Assembly: GCF_001194135.2 (NCBI RefSeq)
Contig: NC_068981.1
Coordinates: forward strand, 33,491,237-33,555,236
Source: Octopus bimaculoides
Taxonomy: Eukaryota
DNA length: 64,000 nt
Direction: 5' to 3'
The position numbers and the translations under genes are program-made. Below the pieces are notes generated by a model. The model did no database searches. It had not been told where the DNA came from and saw only the letters and a list, made by a program, of their open reading frames with translations. This document shows, piece after piece, positions 1-12,396 of the stretch. Numbering within the stretch: the stretch's first letter is position 1; each line of letters begins with the position of its first letter.

Positions 1-310
1 GCCAGTACCGCCTGACTGGCTCCTGTAGGATTTTCGAGCGAGATCGTTGCTAGTGCCCCTGGACTGGCTTGTGCAGGTGGCACATAAAAGACACCATTTC
101 GAGCGTGGCCGTTTTCGTGCGGGTGACACGTAAAAGCACCCACTACACTCTCTGAGTGGTTGGCATTAGGAAGGGCATCCAGCTGTAGAAACTCTGCCAA
201 ATCAGACTGGAGCCTGGTGTTGCCATCCGGTTTCACCAGTCCTCAGTCAAATCGTCCAACCCATGCTAGCATGGAAAGCGGACGTTAAACGATGATGATG
301 ATGATGATGA
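1..310 (+). mobile_element. RTE 3'-UTR/(GAT)n family copy, cut by the window edge
   Basis: Near-identical to the reverse complement of 52858-53230. Ends GGACGTTAAAC(GAT)n. Confidence 0.85.
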
Positions 311-369
311 TATATGTGTGTGTGTGTGTGTAGCGTACTTTTCTCTCTCTCTCTCTCTGTTATATATAC

Positions 370-951
370 ATGGATGCGGACGTAGCGGATAACAGCTAGC
401 CTTCGGCCGCGTCTTTGGACCCTGTTGTGTCCACCACTCTGATTGGTTGGTGTTGGCGTATTTTTGTCTCTTGTTCTATTTCGTGCTAGGGTGCAACCTA
501 ACCAATCGCAGCCTTCAGATAAGGTCACGTGAGACAGCCTTTTCTGAACCCCAGTTGAGCCGATGGTATGGTATAAAATATAGCTTTCCATCGTCACGAT
601 TGCCAGTCCGGCTCCAGACCTTCTGAGGTCTAGCCGCTGACCACAGAGCACACAGCCAGTTCCAGCGATGACATGACTTACAAACTCATGTCCTACACAC
701 CCACAATAGTGAACTGAGTTAACCTATTATTAGAAATTTTAAATATATGTAACTCTCATTAAATATATGGAGTGCCACTTACTTTTGTTTGCCCACTCAC
801 TCATATGTGTGTGGGTGTGGGTGTATGTATATATATATATCCATTTTTTTTCTCCGTGTTTTTCTCCTTGTTTTCTCCGTATTCTTTCTGTTGAAGAGCG
901 TAGCTCGAAACGTTAAAGACTTTCTGTATTCCCGAGCGTCANNNNNNNNNN

Positions 952-992
<41 letters not shown>

Positions 993-1420
993 TTAATTGA
1001 ATTGGAGGTTAAAATAACCGTCTAAGGGATAGAAGTATTCATTGCACTAGTGGTATATTACCTATATTTAACCATGGGCATACATATGCAAACATATTAT
1101 TTTCCTAAGTTATAGGTAAAGATAAGAATAAACATGGGTTTGGAAATTGCTGTTTTTAAATCTCACAATTATTCAGTGCTGATGAAGGGAAATAACCTGG
1201 AAATCGCGATACACAAATATTGTTTTGAGCTGTGTTGGGGTGCTAGATTGCCTTGTTGGAAAATATAAGGACACAGATCGTGTCATATAGCCAGCTGGAG
1301 ACGATGTCTCCTGGGGCTAAATTACAACAATATTCATCCTAAACCAGGACTGCCATGTTATGTTGGCAAACAATTTTTGAATGTGGGTTTATCAAGAATC
1401 AAAATTTAAAGAAAACAGAA
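370..1420 (+). mobile_element. Probable Penelope-like/retrozyme remnants carrying hammerhead-like motifs
   Basis: A CpG-rich block with CCAAT, E-box and TATA-like motifs, plus two CUGANGA...GAAA-like motifs at 883-919 and 1176-1214. No ORF was recognised. Confidence 0.35.
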
Positions 1421-1500
1421 AATGGAGAAGTACTGAATTAATAAATAATAATTGATGTAACTCAATTGTTGTTAATCAGTACTACTCCATTTTCTATTTT

Positions 1501-1537
<37 letters not shown>

Positions 1538-3877
1538 CATACACATTTATAGATACATATATATATATACATGTATATCATAATGAAAGGCTTGTAAAAT
1601 ATCTACACATATTTTACATGATACAAACATTATCAGATATAGAATTAAATACGCTTATATTTTTAAAAATTATTAGTTTACTCAAGTTTTTCTGGATAAC
1701 TTGCTGATGGCTAACTGGTCATGGCTGTAACTATTATAGAAGAACTAGTAATATTTATTATATTACAATAAGGCAACCAGCTGATAGAATCATTGGCACT
1801 CCGGTCAAAATACTTTGCAACATTTTGTCCAAATTTATGTTCTGAGTTCAAATTCTCTCAAGGTTGATTTTGCCTTTCATTTTCCAGAATCAATAAAATA
1901 AGTACCAGTTGAGCATTTGAGTCAATGTAATCAATCTAAACCCTCTGCTGAACTTGTTGGTCTTGTGCCAAAATTTGAAATCAATATATAATGAATATAT
2001 AGTCTTTATCTTTTATTAGTTTCAGTCATTAGATTGCCGCCATGCTGGGGCACTGCCTTGAAGAATTTTTTTTTAATCGAATCAATCAACTCTAGTACTT
2101 TTTTTTTTTTTTTTCTAAGTCTGGTACTTATGCTATTGGTCTCTTTTGCCAAACTGCTAAGTTCCTGAGATGTGAACACACCAGCACCGATTGTCAAGTG
2201 GTGGTGAGGGACAAACACAGACACTAAATACACACACACACACACTTTGATATATATACAATAGGCTTCTAAATACACTCACGAGGCTTTAGTCAGCCCA
2301 AAGTGCCATGCAGTGGGAGTGAACCTAGAACCATGTGGTTGGGAAGCAAATTTCTTACCACACAGCCATACCTACACCTTTATTATATTACAAAGACAAG
2401 AGAAGGTTCTGGTTCTGTAGTGGAGTGAACAGATAGTGATTGTTAACTGAATTTCAGAATTCAAGTGTAACCAACTGAGACTATTTATATTACCCAACCA
2501 TCTCATTCTTGGTCTAAATATATTAAATTTTGCTTTTTGTTCAGTTTGTCTTTTGATAGATACATTTAGAACCTACTGGGCACACAATATATATATATAT
2601 AATGCATTAAATACTACAAAAGATTTTGAAGAATTTGTCTGTAGGACAGACAAACAGGATCTTAATTCTTCATCAGTTATCAACTAAAAATACTAATGCC
2701 TAATTTCATGCCTTTAACGATAAGACTAGGAACTTCATATATCAGCGGGACCCATGAGATTTGTGAAGAATTAGGGCTCGAGCAAACAAAATAATACAAA
2801 AGTAAACAACAGTAATTTGAAACGATAGATGAAGACAATAAATAAATAAATAAAGCTTTAGGGCCAAACATGAGAATAATGGATTAACACCTGGAAGAAA
2901 TCCTCAAATGGATATAAAGAACAGAACTGAGAAGAGAAGAGAAAAGAGCTGACCAGCATGTTTGGTGTCCAGTGGCGAAAAGGCAGAATATAGAAAATCA
3001 ATCACCAGTCACATGTGGGTAGCAGATAGAGAAAGAACAGGGGAAACACTCCTACTGAACAAATAATAAATGAGTATATGCATATATACATACAGGTATG
3101 TGCATACCTACGTCTACCTGTATATATAGGTGCATATCTGGGTACAGGACATTGCAAACAAAATGTAGACAAAAAAATAATAATAACCAGAGTACAGAAC
3201 ACACACAGGCCACATAGAGAACATTTTCCTTCATCAGCTACCCCCATTCTAACACAGGCGTTTCGATGAGTAGGGCAGGACGCATCGTTAAAATGGCTCT
3301 TCCCACGGACCACAAATTAAATTTGTATACACAAATTAAACTTGTACTATGGAGGAATGTAGTGGCGGACAGAAAACAAGACAGGAAAACAANNNNNNNN
3401 NNNNNNNNNNNNNNNNNNNNNNNNNNNNNNNNNNNNNNNNNNNNNNNNNNNNNNNNNNNNNNNNNNNNNNNNNNNNNNNNNNNNNNNNNNNNNNNNNNNN
3501 NNNNNNNNNNNNNNNNNNNNNNNNNNNNNNNNNNNNNNNNNNNNNNNNNNNNNNNNNNNNNNNNNNNNNNNNNNNNNNNNNNNNNNNNNNNNNNNNNNNN
3601 NNNNNNNNNNNNNNNNNNNNNNNNNNNNNNNNNNNNNNNNNNNNNNNNNNNNNNNNNNNNNNNNNNNNNNNNNNNNNNNNNNNNNNNNNNNNNNNNNNNN
3701 NNNNNNNNNNNNNNNNNNNNNNNNNNNNNNNNNNNNNNNNNNNNNNNNNNNNNNNNNNNNNNNNNNNNNNNNNNNNNNNNNNNNNNNNNNNNNNNNNNNN
3801 NNNNNNNNNNNNNNNNNNNNNNNNNNATATATATATATATATATAGTTACACCATGTAGTTATATTAGCCATTTTAA

Positions 3878-4098
3878 CCCTTTAGCATTTAAACTGGCCA
3901 TATCCAGCAAAAATATTTGACCCGCTTTAAGTTCAAACCAGCCTGATCTGGCCTCTCACACATACCCTACAATGTCATTTTAAATGTAAACAATCACATT
4001 GTTTGGAATGTTGAAGCTACAAGATAATGCAAGATTAATTCAAAACAATGTGAATAAATAAGCATAACATTTAATGAAGTAATCTGAATGCTAATGGG
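3878..4098. mobile_element. piggyBac-type MITE
   Basis: TTAA on both sides (3874-3877 and 4099-4102). TIRs CCCTTTAGCATT and AATGCTAATGGG (1 mismatch). Related copies lie at about 63310-63498 and 12415-12507. Confidence 0.75.
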
Positions 4099-4383
4099 TT
4101 AAACATATGCATTTAATTAAGTCAATTTTTGTTCTGTCACTTTTAATTGTGCGTTACATAAAATCTTTCAAGACCAGCTGTGGATATATTTTACTTCATT
4201 TTCTAAATATTCTTCCCAGACTTATTATATTTTATTTTTCACACACACACACACACATTCTCTCTCTCTCTCTCTCTCTCTCATATACACATACATACAC
4301 ACATACATATCATCTTTCCATTTGTAGTGACCTTGTATAGCCAATTATAAAAATAACTTTTTAAACTTTATTTTAAATTTTAG

Positions 4384-4543
4384 ATCTGGCTTTGATATGG
4401 TTAAGGTCCATATTCCAACAGCCTCTCCACTCACCATTCTTGATGCTGGTATGTACAAAGGGGATTATAATACGTTTGGTTATGAACTGGTTCTAGTTTC
4501 ATTTTCTGAAGACGGTGATGCTATTCTAGCTTCAAAAGTCACG
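4384..4543 (+). CDS. FBXO31: FBXO31-like F-box protein, internal exon (start of the C-terminal cyclin D1-binding/DUF3506-type domain)
   Basis: tttag| acceptor and |gtaaga donor. Translates SGFDMVKVHIPTASPLTILDAGMYKGDYNTFGYELVLVSFSEDGDAILASKVT, matching recalled human FBXO31 [20 protein letters not shown]...GTKIT. Phase 0 join to the exon at 5948. Confidence 0.85.
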
Positions 4544-5947
4544 GTAAGAAATACCAACTGTTTTTTTTTTTCTTTATTATTCTGTATTGTAATATTCTTT
4601 ATTTAAGAAGTTCAAATACACTTTATTAGCAAAAACTGACAATAAGGCAAGGTCTGTGTGGTTGCTCAATCTGCAAGAGATAGCAGCCAAATCACTCTCA
4701 ACATCTTAAAAGGAAAGAACACATTGAATAATACAGTTCTAGATATAGCGTCTGAAAACAAAGACAGGATGGTCAAAACTGGAATGCCTTTAACCATTGG
4801 TTTGCTTGATCCTGGATGACCTGGATTTAAATAGCAACACCTACAGCACCTCATTAGTTATGGCACTACCACTTTGTCAAGCTGAGAGTTTTGATCGCCA
4901 ACTTAAATTAATACAAAATGTTCGGATCCTGAGTTATAAATTAGTTTCCATCATCATCATCATCATCATTAGCAGCAGCATCCTTGTTGTTTTAATGACC
5001 ACTTTTCCATGCTTGCATTGATCGGATGTAATTCACCGAGACACATTTTGTACAACTGGATGCCCTTCCTGTTGCCAACACTCACCTGTTTCCAAGTGAG
5101 GTAATATTTCTCCATATCTTCACCGAAGGCTGGAAACAAAGGAGGGGCCCAGTTGGAATTTTCTGTAAGTCAAATAGCCCATTCTGCTCAAAAGGTCCCT
5201 GAATAAGGTTCATTTAAGGATGATGAACGAAACACCCATGTTTCCGGAGATGAATTATTCAAACCCCAAAGAATTCCTCTCAACACATGGCTATGATGCT
5301 CCTCCACTACTTCTGCTCATGATCAGAGATGCACATATCGTCAGCCACTAAGGGACATGTTCAACTGGTTACGGTCAAGCAACTGACAAGCAAATCTGTG
5401 GTATTGAGCAGAATATTTGCTGTAGCTCATGTTTTACACCAAGACAAAACATGTACATGATAACACTTCCAATCAGTTAAAATGAGAAGCCATGAGAGCC
5501 AGTACCTGGTATATTGTGAATTGTATTTCAAGTTTAGTGACTTATGTGGGTGTTCCCTGTATTTTGTGCTTCCCACCTACTTCAATTTGTTAAATTAAGC
5601 CTTAGGGAAGTGAGTCAAACAGACCATACATTAAACTAAAACTCATTACTCTTATTGGAAAAGAAGTTAACCATTTGATTCTGTTTCAAACATCATAGTT
5701 TTGTTTACTAAGAAAACAAGAGTATATATGATAGCTACTTAAGCTTGAATAGAGAATAAGACAGAAAAAAGGAAACTCATCCAAAGCTTAACTGCCAAGT
5801 GTGGTGTTGATCGACACCAGATCTCTTATCCACAACACCTATAGAGATATCAAAGATAATCATCACATTGTTGCAAAAAGAAATTCTCCTGAAGAACAGT
5901 ATTACTAAACAACTTAATTTTTTATTAATTTTTTTTCTTAATTACAG

Positions 5948-6162
5948 GGTGACCCCCATGTGTCAGGGGGTGAAAAAGCATTTGAGATAAATTTAACTGC
6001 ACCAATACTTCTTCGGGAAGATCAACAAACAACAATGAGTATTGTTCAACAGCATCAATGGACAGTAGTACAAAGCTATGAGAAATTACCTGAACAAGCA
6101 TTTATTATCCCTCAAGATTGTCTATATGAAGGCCCTAATTTTCCAACTACCTGCAGTGCCAG
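5948..6162 (+). CDS. FBXO31: FBXO31-like, penultimate coding exon
   Basis: ttacag| acceptor and AG|gtaatg donor. GDPHVSGGEKAFEINLTAPILL...QAFIIPQDCLYEGPNFPTTCSA versus FBXO31 GDPNIPAGQQTVEIDL...QPFVLP...YPRTC. Phase 2 join to 8432. Confidence 0.88.
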
Positions 6163-8431
6163 GTAATGTATTGTGGGTTTTCTTTTTCTTGGATTTGTTT
6201 GAGGTCTTTTGTAGGTGGGAAAGGTTATGTTAACACAATTATTATATGTAGGTATAGAATATTGATTTCTAATATTGCAAAAAGCCACATATCTGTGGAG
6301 AGAAGACAATCAGTTAAATTTACCCAGGTGTTTGACTAATACTTGAAATCAAGATGTAAGGACCATAACTAAAATGGATTTTACCCTAATCAGTTCTGCA
6401 AATCCACAGCCCTTAGATATATAGAACATTAACAACAAATGTTATAAGCTGGATATTTAGTGTTATCAGAGAAGTATAAAGTAAAAAAAAGTCTCTTACC
6501 TCAATTTGGCAAATGATTCCAAAATGGAAGTTCTCAACCACTGACTGGAACTTGCTGTGTGACCCAGAAACACTCTCTACTCTATCAGCTGGCTAGTAGG
6601 TAGAATGCCTGAGATTCCCATGTTTGCACACATCTGTTCTCAGTGACTGTATTTGCAAAAAAGTGGATGGTCAAATCGCTTGCTTCATCATCTGACATCA
6701 CTTTGCCTCTTACTTCAAGAACATCTCCCACTATACTATAGCTAGATTAAAAATGATTCAAGGAAATTGTGTAACTGCATCATCCAGATTGGACTAAAAA
6801 TCCAAAAGAATGGTACAGACCACCATTTTATAATTGAATAGATATCTAATTTATTAATATACAAAGGCTGTAGATTATATAAACAACACCATCATACATG
6901 GTTTTTCTCAAACCTTCTCATCTTGCTGTGTTATTTGACACCATCATATTATCATTCATTATTCTTTTCATTCATTTAACATGTATTACTAACGTTCTTC
7001 AGTTAAATTAACTATGTAACCAGTAATTCGTTACTTTCTCTAATAACTTCTAGAATCGTATCCCTTTACATACTCATATATTTCTATTGTTCTTTGCTTC
7101 CCTATTGCCTTTTGCCGGGCAAAATGCTTAGCGGTATTTTGTCTGCTGCTACATTCTAAGTTCTAATTCCACCAAGGTTGACTTTGCCTTTCATCCTTTC
7201 AGGGTCAATAAACACACACACATGCATGCACGCACGCATGCACACACACACATGTATACGATGGGCTTCTTCCAGTTTCTGACGACCAGCTTCGCTCACA
7301 AACCTTTTAGCAGCTCAGCACTGTAGCAGACGACACTTGTTCAAGATGCCATGCAGTGGATCTGAACCCAAAACCACAGTTGGAAAACAAACTTCTTGAC
7401 TTCACAGCCCATTGAACAATTTTTATTTCTTTATGTCTCAATACACACATCAACATCAACCTTCATATTTTGTTTTGTAAAAGAAAGCTAAAAGATGAAC
7501 CAGGCATTAAGGATACAAGTTGAGGTGTACGAGAGAAGCAGCTGCTGTTGGTATGGACATGCAATATGAATGGATGATGAGTTTCTAGGTGAAAAAGTAT
7601 TGCTGTGGGAATGATAACAAACCAACAGCAGACTTGTACTAGCCAGTGTGGAAAGCAATGCTACTTTGTGTGTGTGTGTGAGTGTGCACATACCTTGTTA
7701 GTAATTGCACATAGCTGTCTCTGCATAGTCACTCACCTTGCTAGAAATAGCAGCTAAATCTTCCTCAAATTTCACTCTGCTGTATCCTTTATACACATAT
7801 CTTTTATCTTTTACCTGTTTCAGTCATTAGACTGCAGCCATGCTGGAGCACCACCTTGAATTTTTTTTTTTTAGTCAAATAATCCTGGTACTTATTCTAT
7901 CAGTCTGGTTGTCAAGTGGTGATGGAAGGATAAACACAGACACACACACACATATATATACATAGATATATACAACAGGCTTCTTTCAGTTTCCATCAAC
8001 CAAATCCACTCACAATGTTTTGCTCGGCCCGAAGCTATAGTAGAAGACACTTTCCCTAGTGCGACTGAACCCAGAACCATGTGGTTGGGAAGCAAGCTTC
8101 TTCCCACAACCACTACTGCGACTATATATATATATATATATATATAGGAAATATTAAATAATGTTGTCTTAGATGTAGTACTTCCAAAAAATTGACTGGA
8201 TGGTCATGAATGTGAAACCTATAGTATATTTTTACATTTTACAATTTTTTGATATTCTCAAAATCCAGATAGAGTAAAATAACTACAAATTATCCATATT
8301 AATGGTCAATATTTTATACTCTTCCCAAGATTTAGGGTTTCATTTCTTTTATATTTTACATGTTTAGAAGGTTTTGCCACATCAAAATAGTAACAGCTAG
8401 ACTTATGCCTATTTGTTTGTTTATTTTTCAG

Positions 8432-8588
8432 ATTTCATGGCAAGTTCCAAGTGCTTTCACCAAGTCAAAACACAGCTGATTTATTTGACTGTCACCTCAT
8501 TGTTTTTAACAGAAAATTGTTTACAATTCTTACTTTTGAAACAAAGCAACTTTATAGTTTTCATCATGTAGAAGAAACTTCCTTATAA
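8432..8588 (+). CDS. FBXO31: FBXO31-like, terminal coding exon
   Basis: tttttcag| acceptor. The spliced frame reads RFHGKFQVLSPSQNTADLFDCHLIVFNRKLFTILTFETKQLYSFHHVEETSL*, with TAA at 8586-8588, aligning to FBXO31 FYGTGLIA...[27 protein letters not shown]. Not in the ORF track. Confidence 0.82.
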
Positions 8589-11500
8589 CAAAGATCTCAA
8601 TTTTATTATATTTTTTTTACTGTGATTTTAATACTCCTTTTACAATTTCATTTAAACAAATGAGGTTGGTACACTTAACTGAGATTTTCCATTTCTACTT
8701 TTTTTTTTTTTACAAATTAAGACATTTTTATATTACTGAAGTAGATGTTTTACTGCATCATGTGCCATGCTAACCTTCAACATTGCACCATCAAGTAAAA
8801 GCAAAATTTCTTATATCCATCATAGACTCACCTCACTCATATCCAAGGCAGCAAATCAGCAGTCATTAGGATGTTGGATGAAATGCTTTGCAGTTTTATT
8901 TCTGACACCCAATTTTTATGAGTTCTAATCCTGCCTAAGTCAACTTTGCCTTTCATCCTTTCTGGGTCAATAAAGTACCAATCTAGAACAATGGATAGGC
9001 AGAACTTTAAGAATGTCAAATCAGGTACCTTGTATTTGTTCTGCTTCTTGGCATTCTGAATTCAAATTCCACCAAGACCAACTGAAGTGATAGACTTAAT
9101 TCTTCACTTAGTTTGACAATGATACCTGGCACTTTGGGTATTTTTAGTGGAGTCCATTCAGTTGTGATCATTTAGGCTAGCTTTCTGGTTTGAGGATACC
9201 TTCTTCCTTCCCTCCCACTCATCTTGGGGGCTCAGTGAGGATCATGGACTCTGCCTTCCCTCTTAAAAAGATACATAAAACACACAAGTAGATTCTGTTA
9301 TCATGGAGGTAGACTAGAACTTGGAAAAGTTAGTGGCAGTAGATCTATCTGCAAGAGTAAATACAATGAAAGCAATAACAAAAAAGATGTTAAGATTGCT
9401 AAAGAGAGGAAATATTTAATTTTTGGAGCAAAGCCCTTCATTAGAAAATAAGAAAATAATCAATTGGGAAACGTTAGAATAGAAAGAGGCCAACTGGAAG
9501 AATCTTCATGGGTTTTCTTAATATCTTGTTTGTCTTTATATCTATTGTAAGAGAAGCTAAAGAATTAAGATAGCTGAGTGGATAGGGTACCATAAGACAA
9601 CTGAGAGCTTGGCAGTTTTACATCCTGTCACTAGCACTATGTTGTTCACGGCCAAGATGCTTAACTTTCAAATATTTTAGTCAATCTAACTGAAGAGATC
9701 TCACAAGGTATGAACAATTCACCATTGCAAGCAGTGGCGGGGCTGCAAAATTGACAAGCAGTTCATTAATTCCAATTAAAAGTTCAGTGTCTGATATCAA
9801 GTATAGTTTTTAGAAAGCTGAATTTAGTGGGGCTGATTTACAAAATAGCAGTTGTTTAATTAAGAAGCTTGCTTTCCAACCATGAAGTCTTGGATTTGAA
9901 CCTACTGTACAGCACCTTGGGAAGTGTTTTCTACTACAGCCCTGGGCTGACCAAACCCTTACACGAGGATTTGGTAGATAGAAACTGAAAGAAGCTTGTT
10001 GTGTATATCCAAGTGTATATGTATGTGCATGAGTGTGTATTTGTCTTGATATTACTTGGTGATTGTAAATGAGCAACATTGTCATACAAATGAGGTTGTT
10101 CATCTCAGGTCTTTTGTGAAAAAACGTCTAGTTATGGGGAAAAAATATTAATTTGCTTGGAAAACAGATGAGGGTTGGTGACAGCAAGTACATCTGGATA
10201 TAGAAAAACTACCTCAACATATTCCATTTGACCCATGCAAGCATAGAATAGTAGATGTTAAATGATTAAGACTGATACTTCAGTATTGCCCTTTAGGCTT
10301 ATGAAACACATTATTTAGAGACAAGCCTAGGAGTACAATACAACGGTTTCAATTATGGATAACATTACTGAATAACAATGAAACTGATATGCTGAGCTAT
10401 TGATCACCTTGCCATGAGTTTCAATTCATGACTGTTGCTAATTGTTTAATATTTTAACTTGTTTTGTTTTTTTTATTTAAGCACAGTACAACTCTAAAAA
10501 CAAAACTTTTTGTTATTGTCTGTCTCTTCGCTGTTATCTTTTATCATTTACTTGTTTCAGTCATTGGACTGTTGCCATGCTGGAGCACCACCTTGAAAGG
10601 TTTAATCAAAAAAATTGATCCCAATTCTTATTTTTTGAAGTTTGGTACTTACTCCTCAGTTTCTTTTGCCAAACCACTAAGTGACAGGGACATAAACAAA
10701 CCAACACCAGTTGTTAAGCACTGGGTGGGGAACAAGCAGAAACACACACACACACACATGACAAGCTTCCAGACAGTTTCCATCTTCTAAATTCACTCAC
10801 AAGGCATTGGTTGACCTGAAACTTTAGCAAAAGACACTTTTGCAAAGGCGTCACACAGTGGGACTGAACCTAAAACCACATAGTCGCAAAGCAAACTTCA
10901 TAACCACACAACCACACTCACACCTGGCGCTTAAAGATCAAAGTGCTATTTGCCTACTGTGATAGGATTAGAACCTCTGACCATATAGCAAGAGGTTTTT
11001 CACACATTCTACCTCTATATATTTATTGATTATTTTTCTTCAAATAAACACTTCTCCCCTTAACCAGTTTGTCCGTCCTATAATCTGTGGAATTGTAGAA
11101 GTAACACATGAAGACAGTTTTCATGTCTTAAAGTATCTTTTATCTTTCACTTGTTTCAGTCATTGGACTGTGACCATGCTACAGCATCGCCTTGAAGGGT
11201 TTAATTGAACAAATCAACCTCAGTACTCATTTTTATGTTTGGTACTTATTGTATTGGTCACTTTTGTTGAACTGCCAAGTTATGGGGGACATTAACCAAC
11301 CAATATAAATCGTCAGGTGGGTGTGGGGAAACAAACACAAAAGTTCCAGGCCAACCAATGCCTTGTGAGTGAATTTAGAAGATGGAAACTGTGTGGAAGT
11401 TTGTTGTGTGTGTGTGTTTCTGCTTGTTCCCTACCCAGTGTTTGACAACTGGTGTTGGTTTGTTTATGTACCTGTCACTTAGTGGTTTGGCAAAAGAAAC

Positions 11501-11778
11501 TGAGGAGTAAGTACTAGACTTCAAAACACACACACACACATGTGACAGGCTTACTCATAGTTTCCATCTATGAAATTCATTCATAAGGCATTGGTTGGCC
11601 CAGGGCTATAGCAGAAGGCACTTGCCCAAGGTGCCATACAATGGCACTGAGCCCCAAACCACATGATTAAAAAGCAAGCTTCTTTATCACAATCCTTCCC
11701 TATACAATGTAAATAGTTACAAGGCAAGAAAATACTGATCAGTTATGTAGTGAAATGTACAGTTCCCAGTGGTATCTA

Positions 11779-11907
11779 CAGGGTGTCCACAAAGTCTGGG
11801 TACATAGGGGGATTAACACATACTTTAAGAAATTATTATTTCTTATATTTAATTGTTTATGTTATGATTTTATTTACTCCATGTATCCAGACCTTGTGGA
11901 CACCCTG
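11779..11907. mobile_element. Tc1/mariner-type MITE
   Basis: TA-flanked 27-bp TIRs CAGGGTGTCCACAAAGTCTGGGTACAT and ATGTATCCAGACCTTGTGGACACCCTG (2 mismatches). Confidence 0.8.
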
Positions 11908-12011
11908 TATTTCACCCTTTTCATTCAGATTACTCTGTCAAATGTAATGCTTATTTATTCACATTGTTTTGAATTAATCATGTATTATCTTGTAGCTTTA
12001 ACATTTCAATG

Positions 12012-12396
12012 ATCATCATCATCATCATCATCATCATTTAACGTCCGCTTTCCATGCTAGCATGGGTTGGACGATTTGACTGAGGACTGGTGAAACCGGA
12101 TGGCAACACCAGGCTCCAATCTAATTTGGCAGAGTTTCTACAGCTGGATGCCCTTCCTAACGCCAACCACTCAGAGAGTGTAGTGGGTGCTTTTACGTGT
12201 CACCCGCACGAAAACGGCCACGCTCGAAATGGTGTCTTTTATGTGCCACCCGCACAAGCCAGTCCAGGGGCACTGGCAACGATCTCACTCGAAAATCCTA
12301 CGGGAGCCAGTCAGGCGGTACTGGCAACGGCCACGCTCAAAATGGTGCATCTCATGTGCCACCCACACAAGAGCCAGTCCAGGGGCACTGGCAACG
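12012..12396 (-). mobile_element. RTE 3'-UTR/(GAT)n family copy (young)
   Basis: Almost identical to 52858-53236 by visual comparison, including the internal tandem modules. Confidence 0.85.

Noticed and set aside
1174-1440. Possible upstream FBXO31-like exon
   Set aside because: All frames are interrupted by stops and there is no convincing splice pair. The region is better explained as a repeat remnant.
3266-3872. Long ORFs running through N-gaps (also about 14250-14890, 22500-22920, 40290-41010, 47010-47320 and 55590-56270)
   Set aside because: They are open only because N codons contain no stops.
12078-12100. CTGAGGA-CTGGT-GAAACCGG hammerhead-like string in the RTE-family copies
   Set aside because: It is antisense to the element, has no helix II or helix I pairing, and is not conserved in other copies.
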